In this document: in pieces, positions 1-9,451 of the stretch
Numbering within the stretch: the stretch's first letter is position 1
Layout of the letters: each line of letters opens with the position of its first letter
IMG/VR virus record: IMGVR_UViG_3300032318_000128
Coordinates: 1 to 31,169 of that record
DNA: 31,169 nt
Strand: one strand, 5' to 3'
Source of the DNA: a virus
Lineage: Duplodnaviria > Caudoviricetes
Position numbers and translations under genes: made by a program
Notes under the pieces: model-generated
Database searches by the model: none
The model's input: only the letters and a program-made list of their open reading frames with translations
What the model was told of the DNA's origin: nothing

Positions 1-96
1 AGAAACATTTTGATTGACTTCTGGTTGGTTTATCTCTGGGGTCACAACCTTATACTTAAAGGGAATTTCTCCATTGCCCTGAGTTAGATCGGCCAT
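1..96 (-). CDS. 5' part of next gene, truncated by the window edge (probably another internal virion protein)
   Basis: ATG at 96, 3 nt after the stop of the 1256-aa gene, with purine-rich GAGAGGAATAAGAG upstream. Frame MADLTQGNGEIPFKYKVVTPEINQPEVNQNVS stays open to position 1. Confidence 0.7.
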   Translation of the reverse strand, partial: MADLTQGNGEIPFKYKVVTPEINQPEVNQNVS

Positions 97-99
97 CTC

Positions 100-3000
100 T
101 TATTCCTCTCTCTGCCCAATTCTTCCATCAGGCAAGGTAAAATAATCCCCTATTTGGATACTGGAAGTCTGCGCCCCAATTTTGTGAGGTTTCTGCATTG
201 AGCCTGTCTCGCCCACAAACTTTGGCATGGTAGACGAAACACTAGCAGCATATTCTTCCAAGGGATAGTTATTGGCGAACCACGACTCATACTCGTTGAG
301 GTCGTAAGGATTTGCTGCTTGCTTTTGCCATTCAGAGTGAAGGCTCAAACGGTCACGCTCCCTCAAAAGAGAGGCTTTTTCAATTACAAGAAGTTTTTTG
401 ACCGCATCAGGCTCAAGATTTGGGCCTGCAGAACCTGCATCAATAAAGCTTCTTGCAAAATCTGTTGTATCTTGGCTTCCACCGCCGCGAGTTACAATTC
501 CACGAGCCTTTTCTTTAAGGGCCTCTTGAACCAAGGCAGCCTGTTGAGCATCATTAAAGTTATCGATATTAATGCCAAGGGCTGAAGCCAAAGAACCAAT
601 TTGTCCTTTTGTTGAAGCAAGCGCGCCAGCCTCAGTTTTTGAGTAGATGTCCGCTTGGCGATCAATTGCATTTATTTGTGGGGCAATATTTGGAATTGAT
701 TGCGCTGCGTTTGTTCTGAAAGATTGAGTATTTTCAACGTTCTGTTGATCAGTGAGTGCTGCGCCCATTTTTGCACGGGCGGCGTCAACTGCAACAACGA
801 CGGGTTGACCATTCTCACCAATACCAGTCGTGTAACCATTTGCGTCAATTGCCTTGATCGTTTCCTCCGCTTTAAGGGCAGCAGCGCGCTGCGGGCTTCC
901 CTCTGGTGCGTTTTTCCACTGGGCCGCAAGACGACTTAATGATGCGTAGTCGCTCATAAACGGAATTGATACCTTTTCCCCATCTACCAACGTTTCAACA
1001 TACGCCTGTGTATCACGCATGGTGATTGGCTTCATGCCACCAGTTGTGGCGGAAACATTCGCCATTTGACCCTGTGACCCAGTTGGCAAAAGATAACCCA
1101 AGCCGTTGGCATCTGCAAAATCTTTCAAAGTAGTGTTTGCATATTCTGGGTTGCTAAACTGGAATTTGTTGTACAGGTCATAAAGGCTACCAACACTTTC
1201 AATGTTCTTGCCAGTGACTTCAGCACTCTGCTTTAGAAGGTCTTTATAGGTTTCTGCACCGCCACCCAATCCTTGCAGGATGGCTGTAAATGGCGATCTG
1301 CTGCGAGACGATGCCATCGTGCCAAGGCCAGATAGCAAAGACAGAAGTGCGTTTCTGTTCAATCCACCCTCTGGATTGTTGAAGAACTTCCCAACCGCGT
1401 TGCGATCTTCGTATGGCTTCACGCCGCCCGTGGGTGAGCCAATTTGAAGGGGAATTGGAGAACCGTTAGAGCCAAGTGGAGTGGTCGAATATGTGGATGG
1501 TCCACCGCCGCCTTCTACCTTTTCCATCGCGGAAATCATCGCGTTGCGCTGTTCTGGTGTAAGCGCGGATAGTGGGGTGTCTACAGGCACACCCAATGCA
1601 GCCGCAACGCTATTTGCGTATGCTACGGGATCATTGCTTCCGTCGCCCACTGGCGCATACTTAGCAATTGCACTTCCAATGGTTTTACCAGAGTATACGC
1701 CACTTTCAAAAAGAAGTGACTCTTGGGCTTTACGCCCAGTTTCATAATCTGGAAATACAGCAAATCTTCCATCAGTCCCAACTGCACCGTATTTTTGTGC
1801 TAAACTTCCAAACTCAATATTGCCTGGATTGTTGTTTCTAATATTCAGGTTTCCAGTGACACGATCCCTTGTGCCGTCACTATACTCAACGTCAGTGTAT
1901 CCTTTGCCGCCACCAAGAACTTTTGCAACTTGACGGGTCGTTGCGGGAGGAGCAACGCCTGTAGCGCCAACTTCCGCAGGCGCGGTGGCAGCCGCAGCAC
2001 CCAAACCAACAGGGCGTGGCATTGGCCGCTGCTCCGATGTGGGGGCTACGCCGCCCTTGGGTGCCTCCTCCAAGAATCGGCGCATAGACTCTGCCTTATA
2101 GTCCCCAGGGCGCGCATTCGTGGCGTCTGCAGGCAAGTTTAGGCCGAGCGCGCCAGATGGGCCGATCTGAGGTCCAGTCTGCGACCGTGCAAGAATTGCA
2201 TCAACGCCACCAACTGGCGCTGTGTTTGCCATTTCTACTTTTGCATCTGGAAGGCTTCCCAGTGTCTGAGCCGCTGGAATTTCATTGCGGGACAAGGGAG
2301 ACGGCTGACGAAAATCATCGGTGTTTCCATAAACGCCACCCAGCGATTGACGTAAGGCATCCCGCATGCGTTGCGCTTCCTCTTGCTCTGGGGTCAAGAC
2401 AACACCATCGGTCGCATAACCGTGACGGCCACCCGCGACACCGCCAGAGGCGTATCGGGTCAGATGTGCAAGTTCCTTACGGTCTTCAATTTCCCCAGGC
2501 GTTGCGGCCTTGGGGGAGAAGATGCCCTCATTTGAATAACGAAGGGCTTTATCTGCGCTTTCCCCTGCCAAATCTTGATAGGTCTTCTGCACCATTTCGT
2601 CACCAAGAGTTCCAAATAAATCCGCAAGCCTACTGGAGACGCCAGAGCCAACTGAATTGTAACCGCTGGCAATTGGACCCAGAAGTTTTCTATCAATGGC
2701 TTGCTTCATATCCTCTACTTGCCCATAAAACTCATTCATTTTTTCGCCGCCTCTTATTTCGCGGCCTATGGTTTCCCTATCAATAGGTTTTTCAGCCCGT
2801 GCGGCGTGTCCGTCAGCACTGATGATATTTAGCGCCTCTAACAGTGCGCGTGGAATTGCGGCAATTGTTTTTGCTTGCCGCGAGTCCATAAAGTTGACGG
2901 GTTCAGATGGTTCTGGAATTAGCCGTCCCATTTTTTTTGGGAGGTCTGGGCGGACAACACTGCCGCCTTCAGCCTTCTTGCCCGCAATCATAGAAAGAAC

Positions 3001-3870
3001 CTGCGAAACGATATCCCCGCCGTTGTTATCTTGTTGCTCTAGGGGCTTTGCAATCATCAGATCGCCAATAGGAAGGTTTGGCTCTGGCACATATCCAAGA
3101 CCGCCAATTGCCTCTTTGCTGTGAGACACTGGCCCAGCAACGCCGCCGCCCTCTGCATAGCCATCGACTTTGCCGCCAGTCGCCAGGTTCTGGAAGAAAC
3201 CAATTGGCTGGGTGGTTGTCGTGGTCGATCCAGATGCCACACCAGTCCCAAGTGCAATGTTTGCAAGGAACTGCGCCTGCTGGTAGGGCAAGCCCTGTTC
3301 CTGCATAAATCGGTTGATCATGGCATCTTTGCCAGCCTGTTCGGTCTGCTGCTGCATGGTGCCAGCAGCCAACTGCATCTGACCAGCCTGCAGGCCACGG
3401 TTAAGGTCGGCCTGAGACGCACCAAGAGCCTGAGTGTATCCTTGGTTCATGATGTCGGCCATCGTCTTGCCGTATGCCATCTGGTTCTGCTGCTGAAGGT
3501 TGGCTGCGGCAACGCCAGCGCGGTCACCACCAAACGCTCCAGACTGTACAGCCGTACCCAGCGCGCCAGACTGTGCCTGCTCCTGCTGTTGTTTTAGGTA
3601 CGCGCCAGTGGTGTCAGCCACGTTCTTTGTGTAGGACGTAATATACGGATCAATGCCAGCCGATGCGGGGCCTGTGTTTGCGTTGATGGTATTTGTTCCA
3701 GCGGCCTGCTGGGCATTCATCTGGGCAACATAATCGGCAGCGGTGTCACCAAAGGCCTGAAACGGTTTACTGGCGGCAGTCTCCGCTCGTGTATTGATAG
3801 CGTTATACCGCGCCAACACCTCTGGAGGAATACTTACGTTACTTGTAGATGTTGATGTCTTGCCGCCCAT
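100..3870 (-). CDS. Large internal virion / DNA-ejection protein with NNPGN lysozyme-like (putative peptidoglycan hydrolase) domain
   Basis: 1256 aa. MGGK/Ser-Thr start and Gln/Ala/Gly-rich helical N-terminus (GAFGGDR) typical of podophage ejection proteins. RNNNPGNI...FAVF...IAKYAP...NDPVAY domain near 1500-1900. Located after tail hub and GNAT genes. Confidence 0.8.
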   Translation of the reverse strand: MGGKTSTSTSNVSIPPEVLARYNAINTRAETAASKPFQAFGDTAADYVAQMNAQQAAGTNTINANTGPASAGIDPYITSYTKNVADTTGAYLKQQQEQAQSGALGTAVQSGAFGGDRAGVAAANLQQQNQMAYGKTMADIMNQGYTQALGASQADLNRGLQAGQMQLAAGTMQQQTEQAGKDAMINRFMQEQGLPYQQAQFLANIALGTGVASGSTTTTTQPIGFFQNLATGGKVDGYAEGGGVAGPVSHSKEAIGGLGYVPEPNLPIGDLMIAKPLEQQDNNGGDIVSQVLSMIAGKKAEGGSVVRPDLPKKMGRLIPEPSEPVNFMDSRQAKTIAAIPRALLEALNIISADGHAARAEKPIDRETIGREIRGGEKMNEFYGQVEDMKQAIDRKLLGPIASGYNSVGSGVSSRLADLFGTLGDEMVQKTYQDLAGESADKALRYSNEGIFSPKAATPGEIEDRKELAHLTRYASGGVAGGRHGYATDGVVLTPEQEEAQRMRDALRQSLGGVYGNTDDFRQPSPLSRNEIPAAQTLGSLPDAKVEMANTAPVGGVDAILARSQTGPQIGPSGALGLNLPADATNARPGDYKAESMRRFLEEAPKGGVAPTSEQRPMPRPVGLGAAAATAPAEVGATGVAPPATTRQVAKVLGGGKGYTDVEYSDGTRDRVTGNLNIRNNNPGNIEFGSLAQKYGAVGTDGRFAVFPDYETGRKAQESLLFESGVYSGKTIGSAIAKYAPVGDGSNDPVAYANSVAAALGVPVDTPLSALTPEQRNAMISAMEKVEGGGGPSTYSTTPLGSNGSPIPLQIGSPTGGVKPYEDRNAVGKFFNNPEGGLNRNALLSLLSGLGTMASSRSRSPFTAILQGLGGGAETYKDLLKQSAEVTGKNIESVGSLYDLYNKFQFSNPEYANTTLKDFADANGLGYLLPTGSQGQMANVSATTGGMKPITMRDTQAYVETLVDGEKVSIPFMSDYASLSRLAAQWKNAPEGSPQRAAALKAEETIKAIDANGYTTGIGENGQPVVVAVDAARAKMGAALTDQQNVENTQSFRTNAAQSIPNIAPQINAIDRQADIYSKTEAGALASTKGQIGSLASALGINIDNFNDAQQAALVQEALKEKARGIVTRGGGSQDTTDFARSFIDAGSAGPNLEPDAVKKLLVIEKASLLRERDRLSLHSEWQKQAANPYDLNEYESWFANNYPLEEYAASVSSTMPKFVGETGSMQKPHKIGAQTSSIQIGDYFTLPDGRIGQREE

Positions 3871-4367
3871 CAGGTTTCCCCTTCGATTTCTGGAACTATA
3901 CCAGTCTTTGCATTGTAAAGGAAGTATACACCTGCGGGCTTGCCAAAGGTTCTCTCATAGAGCCGAATTTTAGCCTCTGTCCTGCTGTTTGACAGTACAC
4001 CAATTGCCAAAGGCAACTCAAGTTCTTCCGCCATCGTCTTTGCAAACTCTGCCAGCTTGCGTGCGCGGCCACCCTTTGCAGCGCGGAACTCTGGGTCAAC
4101 GAAGATCGCCTTCTCCTCAAGGACAGGCTCAACGCTGTACCACACGGGGCCAATGTTCAGGAGGATCGCACCCTCAAGTGGCCCGCCCACGGTGTCACCA
4201 ATTACGCCGACCAATCCACCCTGCTGCGTGAGTGACTTCCAGACCTGATTGGCGAGCAGTGCAATGTCGGGGGCGATAAACGCATTCTCCTCAGTCGCTG
4301 CAATAGAAAGGCGCATCATCTCGTTAAAGTCTGCCGCCGTGCCAACGCGGACTGTGATTTCATTCAT
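3870..4367 (-). CDS. GNAT-family acetyltransferase-like virion morphogenesis protein
   Basis: 165 aa. IFVDPEFRAAKGG resembles the acetyl-CoA binding motif A, followed by RLYER. GNAT-like genes commonly precede ejection-protein genes in podophages. Confidence 0.75.
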   Translation of the reverse strand: MNEITVRVGTAADFNEMMRLSIAATEENAFIAPDIALLANQVWKSLTQQGGLVGVIGDTVGGPLEGAILLNIGPVWYSVEPVLEEKAIFVDPEFRAAKGGRARKLAEFAKTMAEELELPLAIGVLSNSRTEAKIRLYERTFGKPAGVYFLYNAKTGIVPEIEGET

Positions 4368-4370
4368 AAT

Positions 4371-5489
4371 TTAATCCTTCTTTGGCCCAGGGAGGTTCTG
4401 CAGGGTCTTGATTGTTTTCTGCCGCATCTTTTTAACAAAGGCGTCGAGGATTTTGTGGCCGTGATCCATGTCACCCTTGCCAATCTCGACCACGTCTTCT
4501 GGTGGTATCACATACTCGCCACCAGCCGCAACAATCGGAACGCCATCGGTCGCACCGCCATCAGCGTAATTTTCGCCAAACCTTTGAAACCCAGTCTGTC
4601 CAGCGTTGTTGCGTTGAAATCCTTTGGCCAGAACCCCAAAGGCTGGGTTTATAAGTGATAGGAAGGCTGGCCCGTATCTGTTTATTCCTGATGTCTGGTC
4701 ATAACCGCTTGGATTAATTGTTGTCGGGATGACACCAGCGGGGGATGCGCTGCCAGATGAGCCTGCGCTGCCAGATGGATTAAATCCAAGGCTGTTCATC
4801 ACGCCAGAGAATGGGCCGCCCTCAAATCTGTCGCCAGACGCTCCCATACCGCCGCCGTCAAACATGTCGCCAAGGTTTTTGTAGCCAGCACCTTTACCGC
4901 CGCCATTCACCATGTCCCAGAGGCCAGTGTATCGGTCGGCTTGCCCAGATGGCGTTGCAACAGCGGCCCGTGAACGTTCAGTTGCGTTGTTGTTGCTGGG
5001 TGCCACAGCAGTGGGACGCGCCACCGCTGCATTTGATCCGCCGCCATCTGGGCGATTTACAACAACACGGTTTGCCGCTTTACCGCTATCAGCGGCACCA
5101 CCACCAGCCTTTTGGGGGGCAGAAGCACCGTATGGCAGGCCAGATTCACCATACGGCGTACCTTTGGTAATATCTTGATTGCTGCGGCTAAAAATGTCCT
5201 TTGCGACCTTAAATCCAGCCATTGAGTTACCTTCCCCCATGGCGGAAATAATGTCTGCGGGGATCACGTAAGAGCCAGACGCCACATGCATCGGCAGGTG
5301 ATCTGTTCGACCCGCAACGGCGCTGTGGATTGGCCCCTTGTGAACTTTAGTCTTGCCACCGCGTGCGCGCCCCTGACGTGCCGTATTGAGGGCCGCAGCG
5401 ATAGCCTGATCGCGTGGGTGGCCAGTATCAATCATCTCGGAGATGTTACTGGAGATGGTTTCCTGCGACGATCCATGTTTAAGCGGCAT
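4371..5489 (-). CDS. Putative internal virion protein with two G(S/E)YVIP modules and GG linkers
   Basis: Start moved to MPLKHG (ATG 5489, GAGGGAG upstream), 372 aa. Contains GRTDHLPMHVASGSYVIPAD and DGVPIVAAGGEYVIPPED, each following an x-A-x-G-G motif. Confidence 0.75.
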   Translation of the reverse strand: MPLKHGSSQETISSNISEMIDTGHPRDQAIAAALNTARQGRARGGKTKVHKGPIHSAVAGRTDHLPMHVASGSYVIPADIISAMGEGNSMAGFKVAKDIFSRSNQDITKGTPYGESGLPYGASAPQKAGGGAADSGKAANRVVVNRPDGGGSNAAVARPTAVAPSNNNATERSRAAVATPSGQADRYTGLWDMVNGGGKGAGYKNLGDMFDGGGMGASGDRFEGGPFSGVMNSLGFNPSGSAGSSGSASPAGVIPTTINPSGYDQTSGINRYGPAFLSLINPAFGVLAKGFQRNNAGQTGFQRFGENYADGGATDGVPIVAAGGEYVIPPEDVVEIGKGDMDHGHKILDAFVKKMRQKTIKTLQNLPGPKKD

Positions 5490-5490
5490 T

Positions 5491-5841
5491 TTACGCTCCC
5501 TCGGAGTATGAGACAACCACAGTCATGCCCGTACCTGGGACAACGACAAGGCCATTATTGTACGGCATGTTTATGACGGTCACGCCGATGACGTTTGTAA
5601 CCGCCGCAAGCCCACTGGTAAGGCTTGCAATGACGTTGCTGTCATATATCACACATGGCGTGCTTCCCGCGACCACAATGCTGACAGACGCCAGTCGGCC
5701 TTGAGTGCTTGAAACAAGTGTCGTGGCGGTAAGGGTGGCTGATCTGACCGTGCCATTGACCTTCAGGTATGTCTGACCAAGCTGGTTCACGGAGGTGACC
5801 ACGTTTTTGGCTGCTGAGAGGATATCGGATAAGGAAGACAT
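5491..5841 (-). CDS. Small beta-rich virion protein
   Basis: Start moved to MSSLSD (ATG 5841, TGATG-coupled to the upstream gene), 116 aa, Val/Thr/Ser-rich. Confidence 0.7.
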   Translation of the reverse strand: MSSLSDILSAAKNVVTSVNQLGQTYLKVNGTVRSATLTATTLVSSTQGRLASVSIVVAGSTPCVIYDSNVIASLTSGLAAVTNVIGVTVINMPYNNGLVVVPGTGMTVVVSYSEGA

Positions 5842-8393
5842 CAGTATTTCCCATCTGGCTGGAGGCGGTATCGGATGTTGCCCATCCGCCAAAATGAGTC
5901 AAGTTGATTGCCTGAAATTTCAATTGATATCAGGCGTGCGCGAATCCGTGGAGAAATGTATTCCGTTGATTGATTTACGCTGAACGGCCCGTAAACCCTT
6001 GGCGTCTGGCCTGGGTAATCTGCAGCATAAAACGTGATGTTGACGGTTGCGCTGTTGGTGCCACCATAATATCCCCACTTCATGTCTGGCCAAACCTGAT
6101 CCATAAACGTCATCTGGTCGCCCTCACTTAGGGCGAAATACCCTGTACGGACGGACGAGTTCATTTGCGATCCGCCAGCGTTTGTGGATGTCTCGTGCTG
6201 GTAAATAATATTATCACCTGACGCGCCTATGGGTGGCCCAAAAACGCCCTGATCAATCCACGCGGTGCGGGTCAGCGTGCCAAAGTCCCACTGCTGGAGC
6301 AGGGTGTTGTATTTGACGTATTTTGTGGGCGTGCCATTTGACCCTGCGGTCGGATAATACCACGTCACTTCGCCAAAACGGCTGTTTGGCGCGCAACGGA
6401 CATTTTCCAAATAGTTTTCGTCGATATCTTGGAAGATTACGTCCCAAATTGGGCAGGGAATTGGTTGAACGCCGCCGCCAGCCAGCATGTAAAACTGGCT
6501 CTGTGACATCCAATACACGATGCCAGCCATCGAACCCATGGCTTTGCGACCCACAAGACCACAGCCCGCGCCAATCTCATTGAATGAATACACCAGAGGC
6601 AGGTTGATGTACTGCATTGACCACAAATGCGTGTCTGTCCACAGAAGTCCCTGCTGCGGACCCTGCATTGCGCCTACGATTCTCGATCCCTTTGGGATGC
6701 GGAATGAACCCGCTTGATTGCTGACCGTGGCGACCCAACTGGTGAAGTTTCCGATGTCTGTAAAGCGCACCAGCAGTGGGTCTTGGATGCCGTTAAATGT
6801 TGACCCATACGCCACAATCTGACGCTCTGGCATGGCAGTAAAGAAGCCCTCGTTGACGCTGGGGGAATTGGGAATCAGGGTTGCGTGATTTGAGCCACCA
6901 AGCGAGTCATAATAAAAAATATTACCCTTGGCTGGGCTTGCGATAAGGAAGCCGCCCCAGTTGTCCAGTGACCAGTCTGTTACCGTAAATGGCGCGACAG
7001 ACGTTCCTGCCTGATTGTAGGCTCCATAAGGAAACCCCCAAGTACTTACAGTTGCCGTGCCAGTAGTTTCCGTGGCAAATGCTGACCCAACTGGAAATGA
7101 GAATGTGCTTGTGGCCCCAGATGTGGCGGCTGTTACTGTTTTAAGTCCATTGTAGTTTGTTGTGCCGCTGATTGTAAGCTGTGTCCCTGGCGCGACATAA
7201 ATGGCCTGATTGATGGTAACGGTTGCCACAAGGGACGCTGTTGATACTGATGCAATGGCAAGCTGTCTTCCGCCGCTTGATGTAACGCCAGTGCCAAAAC
7301 CGCCACTTCCAAAAAGACCGTCACCAAATCCACTTGGAGGTGGAATGTTTTGTTGGCCGACGAAATATACAATGCGGGCATTTCCGCCATTCATAAATAC
7401 GGTGGCACTTGATGTTGCAGAATTTTGTGACGCAATTACAAAAGTGTTTGTTGTCGCCAGTGGCGTACCAAGGACATTGTAGTTACCATACAGAGTAATA
7501 CCACCGACCGTGGTTGGGATTAAAACCGCAAAGGTTGATCCCTCTGTATATCCATGATTTGGAAGCGTCACGGTAACGTTAATTTCCCCATTGGCTGTTG
7601 TGAATGATGGGACAACGCCGCTTGTTGCCGTGGACGCAACAAAACTTCCAGCCACGGTCAGCGCCCCAAGATTGGTTGGGGTTTCGAATGTGAATGTTCC
7701 AGCCGAAGATGTCAGAACCGTCCATGTTGCGTTATATCCTAATGGAGTTACGCCCGTAAACGTGACTGTAGAACCGACAGCTACAACCAGATTAGATGGG
7801 GAACAAGTTGCGGTGGCAGTGTATGGTCCGCCTCCTGTAACAGTTATTGCCGTGACGGAAAAAGTGTTTGTTGCGGGCGTCAGAAGGCCAATAATGTTTC
7901 GTGCTGTTATCTGATAAACATTGGCACTCAGCGCAATTGGCGGATAATATCCAGACAGGACAATGCCGCCGACGCTGATTGGGGTTAAGATGTCAATGCC
8001 ATCATACGACGAAATGTTTGAATTGTTATCTGTTATGTCAACTGTGGCCGAGCCTAAAGTTGTCTTTGCAGATACGGGAAGGTTGTATATGTAAAGAGGG
8101 GGTGAGATAGAGCTAGAGTCTTGATTCGGCTCCGCAATATCAAGACTGTCTTCTTGACCAATGGCAAGGTATGAGTTGCCATTTACGTCGGCCCACGAAT
8201 GCAGAGCGCGGACAATTGATGTCTGAGTGTTGTTTACAAACTGCGTCCACCCGCCAAGCTTTTGCGGAAGTCCCAGTCCCTGCCGATCAGGGACAAACCT
8301 AATCAGGTCGCTCTCAGAGATAGCCGCCTCATTCAGGGCGGGTGTCCTGTTTTGATCAACCCCTGGGATCAGTTTAAGGCTGGCGTGCGGCAT
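5841..8393 (-). CDS. Tail hub / DNA-stabilization (P22 gp10-like, nozzle) protein
   Basis: 850 aa. WSLDNWG, DPLLVRF and YWMSQSQFY beta-propeller-type segments, plus inserted Thr-rich beta domains (VTVTLPNHGY). Follows an adaptor gene. Confidence 0.75.
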   Translation of the reverse strand: MPHASLKLIPGVDQNRTPALNEAAISESDLIRFVPDRQGLGLPQKLGGWTQFVNNTQTSIVRALHSWADVNGNSYLAIGQEDSLDIAEPNQDSSSISPPLYIYNLPVSAKTTLGSATVDITDNNSNISSYDGIDILTPISVGGIVLSGYYPPIALSANVYQITARNIIGLLTPATNTFSVTAITVTGGGPYTATATCSPSNLVVAVGSTVTFTGVTPLGYNATWTVLTSSAGTFTFETPTNLGALTVAGSFVASTATSGVVPSFTTANGEINVTVTLPNHGYTEGSTFAVLIPTTVGGITLYGNYNVLGTPLATTNTFVIASQNSATSSATVFMNGGNARIVYFVGQQNIPPPSGFGDGLFGSGGFGTGVTSSGGRQLAIASVSTASLVATVTINQAIYVAPGTQLTISGTTNYNGLKTVTAATSGATSTFSFPVGSAFATETTGTATVSTWGFPYGAYNQAGTSVAPFTVTDWSLDNWGGFLIASPAKGNIFYYDSLGGSNHATLIPNSPSVNEGFFTAMPERQIVAYGSTFNGIQDPLLVRFTDIGNFTSWVATVSNQAGSFRIPKGSRIVGAMQGPQQGLLWTDTHLWSMQYINLPLVYSFNEIGAGCGLVGRKAMGSMAGIVYWMSQSQFYMLAGGGVQPIPCPIWDVIFQDIDENYLENVRCAPNSRFGEVTWYYPTAGSNGTPTKYVKYNTLLQQWDFGTLTRTAWIDQGVFGPPIGASGDNIIYQHETSTNAGGSQMNSSVRTGYFALSEGDQMTFMDQVWPDMKWGYYGGTNSATVNITFYAADYPGQTPRVYGPFSVNQSTEYISPRIRARLISIEISGNQLDSFWRMGNIRYRLQPDGKY

Positions 8394-8396
8394 GTA

Positions 8397-9137
8397 TTAC
8401 CCTCGCGTCGGTGAGGAGACTGTGGCAGGTGCTTGCGAAGACCATGCGGCACCCTCAAACTTCTTGCGCGCCTCCTCAACTGTGGCAGATTTGAGGAGCG
8501 TCTGATACTGGTTCTCATAACTTTGCGCCATTTGCGGATCATCCGACTGACGGCCAAAGTTGCGCTGGTAGGCAGAGATGTAGATCATCGACGCCATGAT
8601 CAAAAGGTCTGGCAGATACTGGCTGATGAACGTCGTTGTGACTGTCGCTGACAGCGGTGCGGGCCGAACAGTACCCACAACCTCGACGTAATATTCAGCG
8701 TCAGGGACTGGCCCAACTAAAAATAGCGTGTCGTTAAACGGCACAAAATATTTTGGCTGGCTGCGATTTGCCGACAACGAAGACCCAAAAACAGCGTCAA
8801 TAAATTCTTTTGTAGCAGGCAGCAAAGGCACGCGTGTTGCTGTATCTGGGTTTGTCTGACCCGCTGGAGTGATTAGGTTGATTTGTTCACTGACCACAAA
8901 ATATGACCCATCCGCAAAATTTTGACTGAATGACAGGTTTCGGTTTCCCGCCGTCAGCTTGTACGCTGGCCCAGACAGAGATGCCGATGTGTCCATCAGA
9001 TCAAGGTCGCGGTTGATTCGCAGAGTGGCATAGTCAATCATGGATGGCAGAATGGCCAAAAAGTTGACATCGTCTTCCGCGACGACGGCCATCTCTGCAA
9101 TTTGCGTCTTGTATGTGGCGTATGTCAGTCCGACCAT
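8397..9137 (-). CDS. Head-tail adaptor (tail tubular protein A-like)
   Basis: 246 aa. Helical N- and C-termini around a beta core (PKYF...VGPVPD, YLPDLLIMAS). Directly upstream of the tail hub. Confidence 0.65.
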   Translation of the reverse strand: MVGLTYATYKTQIAEMAVVAEDDVNFLAILPSMIDYATLRINRDLDLMDTSASLSGPAYKLTAGNRNLSFSQNFADGSYFVVSEQINLITPAGQTNPDTATRVPLLPATKEFIDAVFGSSLSANRSQPKYFVPFNDTLFLVGPVPDAEYYVEVVGTVRPAPLSATVTTTFISQYLPDLLIMASMIYISAYQRNFGRQSDDPQMAQSYENQYQTLLKSATVEEARKKFEGAAWSSQAPATVSSPTRG

Positions 9138-9160
9138 GGTGTCACCCTACGTTTTCAGGC

Positions 9161-9189
9161 ACTATAGACTAAATCTATTGTTTATCCAA
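9161..9189 (-). promoter_or_regulatory. Putative sigma70-type promoter for the adaptor/hub/ejection genes
   Basis: Minus strand TTGGAT (9189-9184), 17-nt spacer, TATAGT (9166-9161), in one of the few intergenic gaps. Confidence 0.4.
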
Positions 9190-9451
9190 TAGACGTTGCA
9201 AGTTCACCGCCGCAGGCAAAATACCCAGCGCCGTCCACCCAGTTGTCGTCATGGCTTGGATTCAACTTGATCCTCGCCACCTTAACGAGCGCCATCATTA
9301 CAGACACGTCAATCGCCGTGACGGGAATATCAAGATGGATGGACCAATACTTTGCGATTATACTAAAATTTTCTTCCATCTCGCCGTGGGTTGCGGCGCG
9401 GTCCTTGGTGACGTATTCTTTTGCGGTGTCAAGGATTTGGGATCGGTTCAT
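9182..9451 (-). CDS. DUF6378-like small phage protein
   Basis: 89 aa. DR...HG...NF..IA..W...MMALVKVAR...H.DNWVD.AGY pattern recognised. Confidence 0.8.
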   Translation of the reverse strand: MNRSQILDTAKEYVTKDRAATHGEMEENFSIIAKYWSIHLDIPVTAIDVSVMMALVKVARIKLNPSHDDNWVDGAGYFACGGELATSIG

